A stretch of DNA of 64,000 nt, taken from assembly GCA_963827235.1 (NCBI GenBank), contig CAWHAE010000016.1, positions 768,001 to 832,000 of the forward strand, given 5' to 3'. Position numbers and translations under genes: made by a program. This stretch comes from an uncultured bacterium (GTDB lineage: Bacteria > Chloroflexota > UBA5177 > JANWHV01). Of the stretch, positions 1 to 9,335 are shown piece by piece. Under the pieces are notes generated by a model. It saw only the letters and a list, made by a program, of their open reading frames with translations. It searched no databases and was not told the origin of the DNA. Within the stretch, counting starts at the first letter, position 1. The number at the start of each line of letters is the position of its first letter.

Positions 1-1
1 T

Positions 2-1159
2 GCCGGCGCGACGGCGCCGGAGGCCAGCGTTGCGGCGAGTAGCGGACGGCCGCCTGCCGGCGGAGCCGTTTTTTGCGGAGCCTGCGGCGCGCAGAACGCG
101 CCCGGCGCCAGGTTCTGCGGTGGGTGTGGCGCGCCCATGCCAGCGGGGGCCGTGGATGCCGCGCCACGGCAGAGTCCACAGGTCGCGACACCGGTGGCGC
201 TCACTTGTCCTACCTGCGGGCTGAGTGTCGCGCCGGGCACGCGATTCTGCGGCCGTTGCGGGCAGGCTATCGGACAGGGCGGCGCGCCGGCCGTGTCCGC
301 GCGCCCACCCGCGGCGGTCGTGTGCTCTCGTTGCGGCCTTTCCCAGGAAACGACGGCCCAGTTCTGCGGCCGTTGTGGGCAGCCGCTGGCGTCGGCCGCA
401 GCGGTCCCGCGGGCAGTTCCACAGGTGGTCTTCCCCCGCGCCGTTCCCGCGCAGGCGCGGCAAGGCGTGCCGCACAAGACGGCGGGCGGCATCTCATGGA
501 GCGTGCTCGCCGCGCTGGTGGGCGTTGCGATGGTGGTCCTGGCGATTGTCTCACAGCTCATCATGAGCCATGGCGCCAAGAACTGCGGCGTGAGCTGCCC
601 GGTACCGCATCCCCCGCATCCGCCTACCCCGCTCGGGCCGTCCGGGCCGCCGCTCGCCGCGCAGAGCGCGTTCACGAGCAGCCAGTACGGATTCAGATTG
701 GAGTATCCGGCGGACTTCCTCTCGCCGACCAAGAGCGATGCCCAATCGGTGTCCTGGTCTGCCACGGTGCCTTCCGACGGCTCGGGATTCGCGCTGCTGG
801 TTCAGGGCGAGGCGGCAAACGGCCGCTCGGCGCAGCAGATCGTCGACGCGCTGCAGCAAAGCAAAGCCAGCGGCGCTACCGTCGTGTTCGGCATCAGCGG
901 TGCCGAGCTGGGATCCACCGACGGTTACGGCAACGTCTACGACCTGACCGTAACGCCGCAGAGTGGACAGCAAGCGCACTATCGCTTGGTTATTGAGTCG
1001 GCAGTTCGCAACGGCATCGCCGTCGATCTGCTCGCCGTGAGCAACTTCACCGCTGATCAGAACGAGCATCCCAGCCCGGCCCAGCTGGAGCCCCAGGTCG
1101 AATCGATTGCAGACGTGATTGGCAACACCGTGACCTGGAAGGACGAGCCACCAATCTAG
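2..1159 (+). CDS. Membrane-anchored protein with three double zinc-ribbon modules (5' truncated by window edge)
   Basis: Frame is open from position 2. Three CxxCG..FCxxCG modules (FCGACGAQNAPGARFCGGCG; TCPTCG..FCGRCG; VCSRCG..FCGRCG), one TM helix (SVLAALVGVAMVVLAIV), a Pro-rich linker and a C-terminal extracellular domain. Confidence 0.8.
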   Translation, partial: AGATAPEASVAASSGRPPAGGAVFCGACGAQNAPGARFCGGCGAPMPAGAVDAAPRQSPQVATPVALTCPTCGLSVAPGTRFCGRCGQAIGQGGAPAVSARPPAAVVCSRCGLSQETTAQFCGRCGQPLASAAAVPRAVPQVVFPRAVPAQARQGVPHKTAGGISWSVLAALVGVAMVVLAIVSQLIMSHGAKNCGVSCPVPHPPHPPTPLGPSGPPLAAQSAFTSSQYGFRLEYPADFLSPTKSDAQSVSWSATVPSDGSGFALLVQGEAANGRSAQQIVDALQQSKASGATVVFGISGAELGSTDGYGNVYDLTVTPQSGQQAHYRLVIESAVRNGIAVDLLAVSNFTADQNEHPSPAQLEPQVESIADVIGNTVTWKDEPPI

Positions 1160-1418
1160 CAGGACGCCGGTCAGCAAGTGCTTCGGTGGGGCGAGGTCGC
1201 GCACACTGGCGAGACGTGGAGCGAGGGGGACACCGCGGTGCTGGAGTACCGCGGGTATCAACGACTGAAACCTACTGGACCGGCCCGGCAGAGATCCGCG
1301 GAGTATCACGTGCCTCTGGTCGTCTTTTTGCACCGCCTGTTCGCCTGCGAACGGCAGGAATCGCACGACGCCAGTAGTTGATAAGGCTCTGGCGGCATAT
1401 ACCCGTCTGCCCAGTATA

Positions 1419-1448
1419 TTGCTCAAATGGCGGTCGGGCGCCTATAGT
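1419..1448 (+). promoter_or_regulatory. Possible sigma70-type promoter for the FapA-like gene
   Basis: TTGCTC-N18-TATAGT in a locally AT-richer patch. Confidence 0.35.
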
Positions 1449-1679
1449 GAGGCCACGACGAGATCTGCACGCCACGACGGCGCGCTGGGATTCATTCCCG
1501 GAGGTGCTCACAGTCCGCCAAGTGCGGGATCCATTCCGCCCGTGCCTGTTTCACTGGGGCTTGAGTACAGGTCGTCCCGCCCGAGGGCCGGGACGTGCCC
1601 GCGGCGCCGTGCTTGACGAGGACACGGCGCTCTCGAGACGGGCGGAATCGACTATGCGCCCGGTCAGTGAGGGACAGAG

Positions 1680-3158
1680 ATGTCAAACGTGCCGGATATG
1701 CCTGAGCACAAAGTCGACCCTTTACAGACGCCTGCTGTGCCGGACGGGCCAGACGTCGAGTCCGGGCCCGCGCGACAAGCCACTGAGAGGGAGCGCGCCA
1801 GAATAGCCGAGGAGTTGGAGCGCCTTGTGCAGCTTCGATTGACCCCTGACAGCATGGCGCTGGAGCTATACGTCTATCCCGGCCTCGCACGGTACCACAT
1901 GAGTGACCGCATAGACTGCGTCAAGCGCCAGGCGACGGGGCTGGGTGTGACGGCGGCGATCGACGAGGATACCGTCCGGCGAGCATTCGCCTCCGGCAAG
2001 GAGAAGCAGTGGCTCGTCATCGCCCGCGGCACGCCCGCGGTGCCCCCGGTTCACGGCAGCGTAGAAGTGTTGGTTCCCTCGGTGCCGCCCCTGGGCAAGG
2101 ATCGCTTCCACGAGCGCCCGTATGTCAACCAGGGCGACGTCCTCGTGCTGGTCACCCGGGCTTCCGACGGTGTGCCCGGCGTGAATCTCAAAGGCTGGGC
2201 GCTGCCGTCCACCGCGGCCAGGCGCCCGGCGATTCCCAGCGGAGAGCATACCGTGCTGCGCCAGGAGGGCGAGACGCGAGAGGTCGTGGCCGAGTGCGAC
2301 GGCCTGGTCTACTTCGACCACATGCAGTTTGGCGTCTATCCCATGCAGCACGTGCATTCGAGCGCGCTGCGATACGGCGCAAAAGTCGAATCTGACAACT
2401 CCATCGTCGTCCGCGGAAACGTGCCCTCGGGAGCCACCATCGTCTCGAGCGCCGACATCTATGTCTCGGGAGACGTCGACGACAGCACGCTGATCAGTAC
2501 CTCCGGATCGATCACTGTGCTCGGCTGTGTCACCGGTCATAACCAGCACCACTGCACTGTACGCGCCAAGGGCGACATCATGGTGGCGTCGGCATTGCAC
2601 GTCGATATCACCGGTGAGCAGGACGTCTACATTCAGACCCAGGCCCGCAACTCGACGATTGTCGCGGCGCGCAATTTGATACTGCTCACTCGGCTGCGGA
2701 GCGCTCTGTACGACGTGGACCTCCGCATAGGTGGAGCGGTCATGCCGTCTGACTCCGCCAACGCGCCCGCTGACGTGACGTCGGCGGAGCGAATGGCATT
2801 TGACGTAGAATGCTCTGTTCCCGCGCAGCTCGGTATGTTGGAGGGGCAGGTCGTCTCGTTCAAGCCCGGCCTGATCAACGAGCTGAGCGTCGCGGTTGCG
2901 CGCCTGGTACTGGTCGGCAGCCCGCCGCTTTCCGCCAACAAGACCGTCTATCTCAAGCTGCAGCTTCCGGGCTTCCATCCGCTGCAAATACTCGGCCGAA
3001 CCATGGCGCCAACACATGACGGACGTACGATGGTCGGGTTCCGCCAGATGAGCCACCAGGATGAGGCGGCAATAACGGCGTACTGCCTAAGTTTGGCTCG
3101 CAAGCGCATCGGTGGGGAGCAAGAGGAAAACGGCGAGAACGGCGAGCCGATGGTCTAG
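1680..3158 (+). CDS. FapA (DUF342) family protein with degenerate C-terminal PilZ-like domain
   Basis: IARGTPAVPPVHG, V..GDVL....GVPGVNLKG and beta-helix-like repeats (IVVRGNV..GATIVS..DIYVSGDV) typical of DUF342. C-terminal ~115 aa has a PilZ-like pattern (ERMAF..NELSVAVA..VYLKLQLPG..GRTM..VGF..MS..DEAAITAY). Confidence 0.75.
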   Translation: MSNVPDMPEHKVDPLQTPAVPDGPDVESGPARQATERERARIAEELERLVQLRLTPDSMALELYVYPGLARYHMSDRIDCVKRQATGLGVTAAIDEDTVRRAFASGKEKQWLVIARGTPAVPPVHGSVEVLVPSVPPLGKDRFHERPYVNQGDVLVLVTRASDGVPGVNLKGWALPSTAARRPAIPSGEHTVLRQEGETREVVAECDGLVYFDHMQFGVYPMQHVHSSALRYGAKVESDNSIVVRGNVPSGATIVSSADIYVSGDVDDSTLISTSGSITVLGCVTGHNQHHCTVRAKGDIMVASALHVDITGEQDVYIQTQARNSTIVAARNLILLTRLRSALYDVDLRIGGAVMPSDSANAPADVTSAERMAFDVECSVPAQLGMLEGQVVSFKPGLINELSVAVARLVLVGSPPLSANKTVYLKLQLPGFHPLQILGRTMAPTHDGRTMVGFRQMSHQDEAAITAYCLSLARKRIGGEQEENGENGEPMV

Positions 3159-3512
3159 GGGCCGTACCGCCGCAGGTCGTCTTCTTCATGAGGCAGTCCG
3201 CGACCGCGCTCGACTGAGAACGAACACCCGGTTGCGGTCAAACGTGACGGGCCGGTCGGCTCGACGGCCGGCTGTGGCACGCGAGATTCCTGTCGGAAGC
3301 GCGCCCCGGCAGGGCGCGGCACGACGAAGCAGGTATCAGGACGGAACCAAAGGCTGACCGGCAACCCCGCCGGCCATCCGGCTCTCGCGAGGAACCGAAT
3401 GACGGCCGGCACGACAGCCGGTCACCGTCGGCGCGTCCACGTTCACCTCAGCGGGCGCATCGCCCGCGCCATGCGAGTTCCGGTGCGGGCGGGCGTGCCC
3501 TCGATCCATGGT

Positions 3513-3866
3513 CTATCGGGCGGCGCCCGCGAGCGCGTGCAGCACCCGCTGGGTATGGAACTTCGGGGCCTTGTGCTCGTCGTAGTAGCGGGACACTCGC
3601 GTGTCGCCGTAATCGTACTCGAGCACGAACAGCTCGTAGGGGTACTTCTCGCTTCGCATCAGCAGCTCGGCATCGTGCAGCGTCGTAGTGCCGCCGATAT
3701 ACCCGCACTCAAGCGTACGAACCGGACCCTGCGAATAGCTTGTGTAGTATCCGAATACCCTGCAAGTACCTTCACTGTCACCATCGTTCGACGGATGCTC
3801 AACGTTCACCTGAGTCACTCCTTCACTCTGGCCATCGTGGTGTCCACTGCGTTCTCCCCAGTCCAC
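3513..3866 (-). CDS. Hypothetical protein
   Basis: Protein-like composition (Tyr/Glu rich), unlike the overlapping antisense ORFs. Start uncertain. Confidence 0.45.
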   Translation of the reverse strand: MDWGERSGHHDGQSEGVTQVNVEHPSNDGDSEGTCRVFGYYTSYSQGPVRTLECGYIGGTTTLHDAELLMRSEKYPYELFVLEYDYGDTRVSRYYDEHKAPKFHTQRVLHALAGAAR

Positions 3867-4212
3867 ACCTCCATTCGCTCTGCCGGTGTCGAGGCAGTCA
3901 TGGTCACCCGCGGACGCCGATCGCCATCGCGCCGCAGATTTCTTGCCCGCGAGGTACGGATATACCCCACGGCGAGAGGCAACGGCGATATGTAGGGCAG
4001 CATCCGATCTTACCCCCTACCGATGCCATACTGCCGGACCGGATTGGAGGACTGCGGCCAGGAATCCTTCCAGCATCCATAGTCTATACGAAGAGTGCCG
4101 TCCTCACCAGTGCAGAACGGCATGTTGTTTGGCTCCCACCAGCCTGTGTCCATCACCGAGCAAGCGCCGTGGCGCGGAAATGAAGTAAACACGGCCATAA
4201 CGGCCTGCTTGG

Positions 4213-4593
4213 TCAGCGCGGCACGCTCAAGGCTTGAGCGAGCACCGCCGAGATCTCGTTGAATCCAAACGGTTTTCTGAGCAGATACCAACCGGGTCGC
4301 CCGCTTGCCCGCCGCTCTACCTTGCGTCGATCCTCGTCTGCCGTGAGCAGGATGACCGCGAGATCGGCAGTCGCCGGGTCGCTCCTGACGAGGTCAAGCA
4401 GGGTCCAACTTGGATCCATCACTTTGAGGCGCACTTCGAGAATCAGCGCGTCTGCCTCGCGAGCGCGCAGCTCCTCATGAGCATTCTCGGAGAATTGGAC
4501 GACCTCAGGTTCAAAGCCGTTCAGCTCGATCATCTCGCAGAGAAATGTGCGTAGCACCACGTCGTCGATCATGACGGCAACGCGCTTTGCCAT
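4213..4593 (-). CDS. Stand-alone response regulator receiver domain (atypical, Asp->Glu)
   Basis: VAVMIDD..ALILEVRL..VILLTA..YLLRKPF receiver pattern. GGAG SD before ATG 4593. Confidence 0.8.
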   Translation of the reverse strand: MAKRVAVMIDDVVLRTFLCEMIELNGFEPEVVQFSENAHEELRAREADALILEVRLKVMDPSWTLLDLVRSDPATADLAVILLTADEDRRKVERRASGRPGWYLLRKPFGFNEISAVLAQALSVPR

Positions 4594-5209
4594 GGCACCC
4601 CACTCCATTTGCTTCCGCGTCCTGAAGGCTGGGCGGCGATATCAGTGCGCGCACCCGGCTTATCGACGTTGCCGCGCCAGGCACGCATCCGCCGTGGGAA
4701 CTCCACGTTGCCGAGGGCTCACTCACCGGTACCCGGCCTGCTCACGCCCCGTCGTCACGACGGGCGGCATTATGACGGTCCTCATTATACTGCTTTTCTC
4801 CTCCGGCTCGCGGCCGAGGCCGTCACAACCGGAAGGTCTATCCGGCGATACATTCGGCCCTGATCGCCGTTTGGATAAAGTCGTATCCGCATGGCGAACC
4901 GGCATATACCAGCCGGGTGTTTCTCGGCACCCAGCACCCACGTAGTATCGACGTAGTACCTCTGCTACGGCTATGCAAGGGATCCTAATCGGTCCCAGAC
5001 GACGATTCCGGCCTCGCAAGGATCGCGCATTCTGCATATCCACGCAAGAAGGATGGCGTTGGAGAGCGGGCAGGATGTAGTTGAAGGGCCCATGTCCGGT
5101 GCCGTCGATCAGCGAGGTCAGTGCACGCGGTAGAAACGGCCTTGGGCCAAGGTACTGCCTGGTCTTTCAGTGCGCTCGTGCATTCCAGTTCCTGAGATAG
5201 GTCAAGAAG

Positions 5210-6175
5210 ATGTTGAACAACAGTACAGGCAAGTTTGAGCCCCAAGTGGACGAGCGCATACCGTTCGACATCTCAGTCGATCCGAAGCCGGACCTGCCAT
5301 CGAAGTCCGTGCTCATCGGAGCCAAGACCGTGCTGTACGAAAGCGAGAAATCGCTGGGCTTCGCGGCGAACGTTGCGCCGCAACGCGTCGATCACTCGGC
5401 TGAAGCTGAGCGAACGCATGCCACGCCCGTGGCGAATCCCTGGCCCTGGCCAAGGATCAGCGTGATCATTCCGGCGCGTAATGAAGCGCTCAACCTTCCG
5501 CATGTGCTTGCGCGACTGCCCAAGGATATCTACGAGGTCATCCTGGTCGACGGTCACTCGACGGACGGCACCCCCGACGTTGCTCGCGAGCTCTGGCAGG
5601 GTGTTCGGATCGTGCAGGACACTCGCCGCGGCAAGGGAAATGCTCTGGCCTGCGGCTTCGCCGCCGCGCGAGGCGATATCATCGTCATGCTCGATGCCGA
5701 CGGCTCTGCCGACGGCATCGAGATTCCGCGCTTTGTCCGGGCGCTTCTGGAAGGAGCGGACGTGGCGAAGGGCTCGCGATTTCTGCAAGGTGCAGGCAGC
5801 AGCGACATCACGCACTTGCGGCGGGTGGGCAACTGGGTGTTGACCAAGCTGGTGAACACTATGTACGGCACATCGTATTCGGACCTGTGCTATGGCTACA
5901 ACGCCTTCTGGGCGCGCCACCTGCCCGTACTCAACGTCGACTGCGACGGCTTCGAGGTCGAAACGCTGATCAACATCCGTGTCGCGAAAGCGGGCCTGCG
6001 GGTAGCAGAGGTTCCAAGCTACGAGTACACCCGGTTGCACGGCGCCAGCAACCTCCATGCGCTGAGAGACGGCATCCGCGTTCTCAAGACGATCGTGCGC
6101 GAGAGACAGGCTCGCAGACCGGCGCGGCAGACGTCGATGGCCGAAGGCCCGGCCAGGATGGACGTCGGCGCCTAG
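5210..6175 (+). CDS. GT2 glycosyltransferase, polyprenol-phosphate mannosyltransferase (DPM1)-like
   Basis: ISVIIPARNEA, VILVDGHSTDGT, RGKGNAL, MLDADGS, GSRF, DLCYGY, GFEVETLI. Start uncertain. Confidence 0.9.
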   Translation: MLNNSTGKFEPQVDERIPFDISVDPKPDLPSKSVLIGAKTVLYESEKSLGFAANVAPQRVDHSAEAERTHATPVANPWPWPRISVIIPARNEALNLPHVLARLPKDIYEVILVDGHSTDGTPDVARELWQGVRIVQDTRRGKGNALACGFAAARGDIIVMLDADGSADGIEIPRFVRALLEGADVAKGSRFLQGAGSSDITHLRRVGNWVLTKLVNTMYGTSYSDLCYGYNAFWARHLPVLNVDCDGFEVETLINIRVAKAGLRVAEVPSYEYTRLHGASNLHALRDGIRVLKTIVRERQARRPARQTSMAEGPARMDVGA

Positions 6176-6541
6176 CACGCCGGTCACCTAATGGTTCTGC
6201 TTCACGCGGAGCCGGCGAGAAGCCCGCGGTCCAAAGTCTAGGCCGCGGGCTTCCTGCAATCGTCGAGGAACTGCTCCAAACCCACGTCATCCCGCATTCA
6301 GGACTCCGCGACATATGCCTCAGCCCGCGGTCGTCATTCCAGCGCCCGCACCGACTGCGCGCTGGAATGAGCCTCCCGGCCGACCCAAGGCGTCGAGCAT
6401 GGGCTCCGCGCGCCCTTCTTGGCGGTACTTGCGCGTGCGAAACGCGCTGATCTGGGGATTGAATCCAGGCGTCAGGCCGGTACTCTGAGCCAAGGGACCA
6501 GAGTACGGTCCCGTGTTCTCGCACTCGGAGGAGATCGCCCA

Positions 6542-6964
6542 ATGCCGCTCATAACATGGAACGACCGTCTGTCTGTCGGGTACCAGCCCATCGATGATCA
6601 GCATCGACGCCTCGTCGAGCTGATCAATCAGCTTCACGACGCAATGACCCAGGGCAAGGGGCACGAGTCGTTAGGCAAAACCCTTGACGGGCTCGTTGAC
6701 TATACGCAAACACACTTCGCGTCCGAAGAAGCCATGATGCAGGCTTGCGGGTACAGCGGCTACGCGGGGCAGAAGGCACAGCATGTCGAACTGACACGCA
6801 AGGTGCTGGAACTGCGAAGCCAGTTCCACACCGGCCAGACAGTGATCACCATGGACGTGATGAAATTCCTCAAGGAATGGCTGGTCAACCATATCCAGCA
6901 TGCGGACAAGGTAGCCGGCGCATTCATAGCCGGCGCAACGTCGAACACCCCGGCCGGCGTGTAA
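6542..6964 (+). CDS. Bacteriohemerythrin-like protein
   Basis: W..RLSVG..IDDQH, HFASEE, QKAQH, WLVNHI..AD. GGAGGAG SD upstream of ATG 6542. Confidence 0.9.
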   Translation: MPLITWNDRLSVGYQPIDDQHRRLVELINQLHDAMTQGKGHESLGKTLDGLVDYTQTHFASEEAMMQACGYSGYAGQKAQHVELTRKVLELRSQFHTGQTVITMDVMKFLKEWLVNHIQHADKVAGAFIAGATSNTPAGV

Positions 6965-6996
6965 GCCTATCGCGCCGGGAAGCCGGCAGGGGCCGC

Positions 6997-8562
6997 TCAG
7001 CGCACACTGCTGCTCGTGACCTCTTGCGGCGCGCTCGAGCGGGCGTCTCGCGCCATCGCCCTGTCTGCCCCGGCGGCCGCTTCAAGGTGCGGCGACCGTA
7101 TGAGAGCCGCCGCGATGAACGCCGGCACAATCGTGACCGCTATCACCAGGTAGGTGTCGTGGTACGCGGTGGCCTGTGCGTTGAGAACGGCCGGCGGTAA
7201 GTGCAACACAGGTGTGGCCGAGATGGCCATGGTGTGGACGGCGCGGGCTGCCGCCGGACCGAGCTTCGACACATAGGTTGATGTCCGGTCCTGGAGCAGG
7301 TTGGTCAATACAGCAATGCTGAGCGAGCCCATGACGTTGCGACCGACCACGTTCAGGGTTGTCGCTTCCGGCAACAGCGGACCGTTAATGCCTTCCAGCA
7401 GCACCGTGTTCGTCGACTGCATGGTAAGTGGCAGCCCAACGCCGCGCACGAGCAGAATGAACGGCAGGATGAACAGGTCGGAGGTCGAAGTGGTCCAGAA
7501 GGCAAGATAGAAGCCGGTAAGCGTGACCACGGTTAGCCCAGTGAAGATCAGGCGTCGCGGGCCCACGCGGTTATAGATCTGGCCACTGGTAATCGTGCCT
7601 ATCACCGAGCCGATGCCCTGCCAGAGCAGGAGCAAGCCGGCTGCAAACGGCGTCTCCCGGCGCAGCACCTGCAGATACTGCGGAAGCAGGAAGGCAGGCC
7701 CGAACAAGGCGACCACTCCGAGCAGCACGATCAGCGTCGCCAGCAAGAAGCTCCGCCGGGCGTACAGCCGAAGTTGCAGGAGGGGGTGTGGTCTACGCAG
7801 CTCGGTCGGCACGAACACGGCGAGCAGGGCCAGGGAAACCAGAATCGGTCCTCTCACGGTACCGGTGCTTTGCCAGCCGTCGTAGGCTAGGTTGGAAAGG
7901 CCGAAAAGCAGTAAGCCCAACCCGGTGGCTGCCAGCGCGAAACCAGGTAGGTCGAACTGCCGGTTCGCCTGCGGCCGCTGCTCGCGAAGCACGCGAGCTG
8001 CCATGATCACGCCCACCACTCCGACGGGCAGGTTCACGTAGAACACCCAGCGCCAGTCGACGTACTGGGTCAGATAGCCGCCAAGGCTCGGCCCCAGTGC
8101 AGGAGCCACCATCACGGGAATGCCGAAGATGCCGTTGGCACGGCCGCGGTCCCGGCCGGTAAACACCGAGAACAACAAAGCAAACGAGAGTGGGAACAGA
8201 GCGGCCCCACCCGCCCCTTGCAAGACGCGGAAGGCGATGAGCAGGTCGATATTCGGCGCCAGGCCGCAGAGCGCGGAGCCGAACGTGAAAACGACGAGCG
8301 AGGCAATGTATATCCGCTTGATGCCGAAGCGGTTGGCAAGGAAGCCGGTCGCAGGCACGAGCACGCCTGCGGCAAGAATGTAGGCCGTGGCCACGTACGA
8401 AGCCAGGTGTAGATCGGCGCCGAAATCTCGCTGGATGCGAGGTAAGGCCGTGTTGACGATGGTCGAATCGAGTATGCTGGCGAACGCCCCAAAGACGACC
8501 GTGATGAGCACCCACCATCTATACGAGTCCGGTGCCGTCCCTCCGCTGTCCTGCATAACCAT
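6997..8562 (-). CDS. DHA2 (EmrB/QacA) MFS efflux permease
   Basis: LDSTIVNTALP, GFLANRFG.K, RVLQGAGG, GPSLGGYL, WRWVFYVNLPVG; about 14 TM segments. Confidence 0.93.
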   Translation of the reverse strand: MVMQDSGGTAPDSYRWWVLITVVFGAFASILDSTIVNTALPRIQRDFGADLHLASYVATAYILAAGVLVPATGFLANRFGIKRIYIASLVVFTFGSALCGLAPNIDLLIAFRVLQGAGGAALFPLSFALLFSVFTGRDRGRANGIFGIPVMVAPALGPSLGGYLTQYVDWRWVFYVNLPVGVVGVIMAARVLREQRPQANRQFDLPGFALAATGLGLLLFGLSNLAYDGWQSTGTVRGPILVSLALLAVFVPTELRRPHPLLQLRLYARRSFLLATLIVLLGVVALFGPAFLLPQYLQVLRRETPFAAGLLLLWQGIGSVIGTITSGQIYNRVGPRRLIFTGLTVVTLTGFYLAFWTTSTSDLFILPFILLVRGVGLPLTMQSTNTVLLEGINGPLLPEATTLNVVGRNVMGSLSIAVLTNLLQDRTSTYVSKLGPAAARAVHTMAISATPVLHLPPAVLNAQATAYHDTYLVIAVTIVPAFIAAALIRSPHLEAAAGADRAMARDARSSAPQEVTSSSVR

Positions 8563-8586
8563 GCCGTACCCTATCCCGTGTTTGTC

Positions 8587-9150
8587 CTACTCCACGCTCG
8601 CGTCAAGCCGTACGTCGCGCGTCATTTGGAGCATTGCCTCCGACACCCACGCGTCATCCGCCACCAGTAGGTGGGCACGGCGGTCAAGCGCGCAGAGGAT
8701 CGAATTCCGCTCCGCGTCCTCCATGCCGTCGATCTCGGCAATGCGACGGCGCACCGACTGCACGTAGTCGGCAATACCGCGCAGATGAGTCCGGTACTGC
8801 AAGAGGATTGCTTCGGCCTGCTCAGGCCGGATGTGATGCAGGTTGCAGAGCTTGATCGTGAAGATCTGCGATTGCTCCGCATCGGAGTAGTGACACTCCA
8901 GCATCAGCGCCAGAAATCGTGCGTGACCGGCTTCGGTGATCCGGTACTCCTTCTTCCCGCGCCGGTCCGCGCCGCAGGGAGCACAGTCGGCCTCGATCAG
9001 CCCTTCCGCTTCCAGCTTGCGAATCATGGGATAGAGTGCTCCCCAGCTCAGCCTGCGCACCGGCCCAATCGAGGTCTGCACGATCTGGTGCAGGCGATAT
9101 CCGTGCGCCGGGGCGTCCATCAGCTCGCCAAGGATGCACAGCTCGTACAC
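8587..9150 (-). CDS. PadR family transcriptional regulator
   Basis: ILGEL..P.HGY, SWGALYPM.RKLEAEGLI, KKEYRITEAG. Confidence 0.9.
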   Translation of the reverse strand: MYELCILGELMDAPAHGYRLHQIVQTSIGPVRRLSWGALYPMIRKLEAEGLIEADCAPCGADRRGKKEYRITEAGHARFLALMLECHYSDAEQSQIFTIKLCNLHHIRPEQAEAILLQYRTHLRGIADYVQSVRRRIAEIDGMEDAERNSILCALDRRAHLLVADDAWVSEAMLQMTRDVRLDASVE

Positions 9151-9170
9151 GACTCACAACCGAATCACTC

Positions 9171-9191
9171 GATATACCGGCTCGATATATC
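9171..9191. promoter_or_regulatory. Putative PadR operator
   Basis: Palindrome GATATA-N9-TATATC 20 bp upstream of the padR start. Confidence 0.55.
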
Positions 9192-9335
9192 TCATTGATA
9201 GACAATGTAGGCCGGCTGGCAGGGTCGGTCAAACCGCTCGCCGTGTGACCATGCAAGCCCGCGCGGGCGGCGGAGAGGTGAAGATCCCAGGCAAGAGCCC
9301 CAGCGCCGTTCCGACTGAACGGCGCGGCAGGCGCT

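Noticed and set aside
1178-1381. 67-aa ORF after the zinc-ribbon gene
   Set aside because: No SD or recognisable motif; cannot be supported.
1533-1648. Cloverleaf as a tRNA
   Set aside because: Too long, with no TTCRA T-loop, D-loop consensus or CCA end; kept only as a candidate structured leader.
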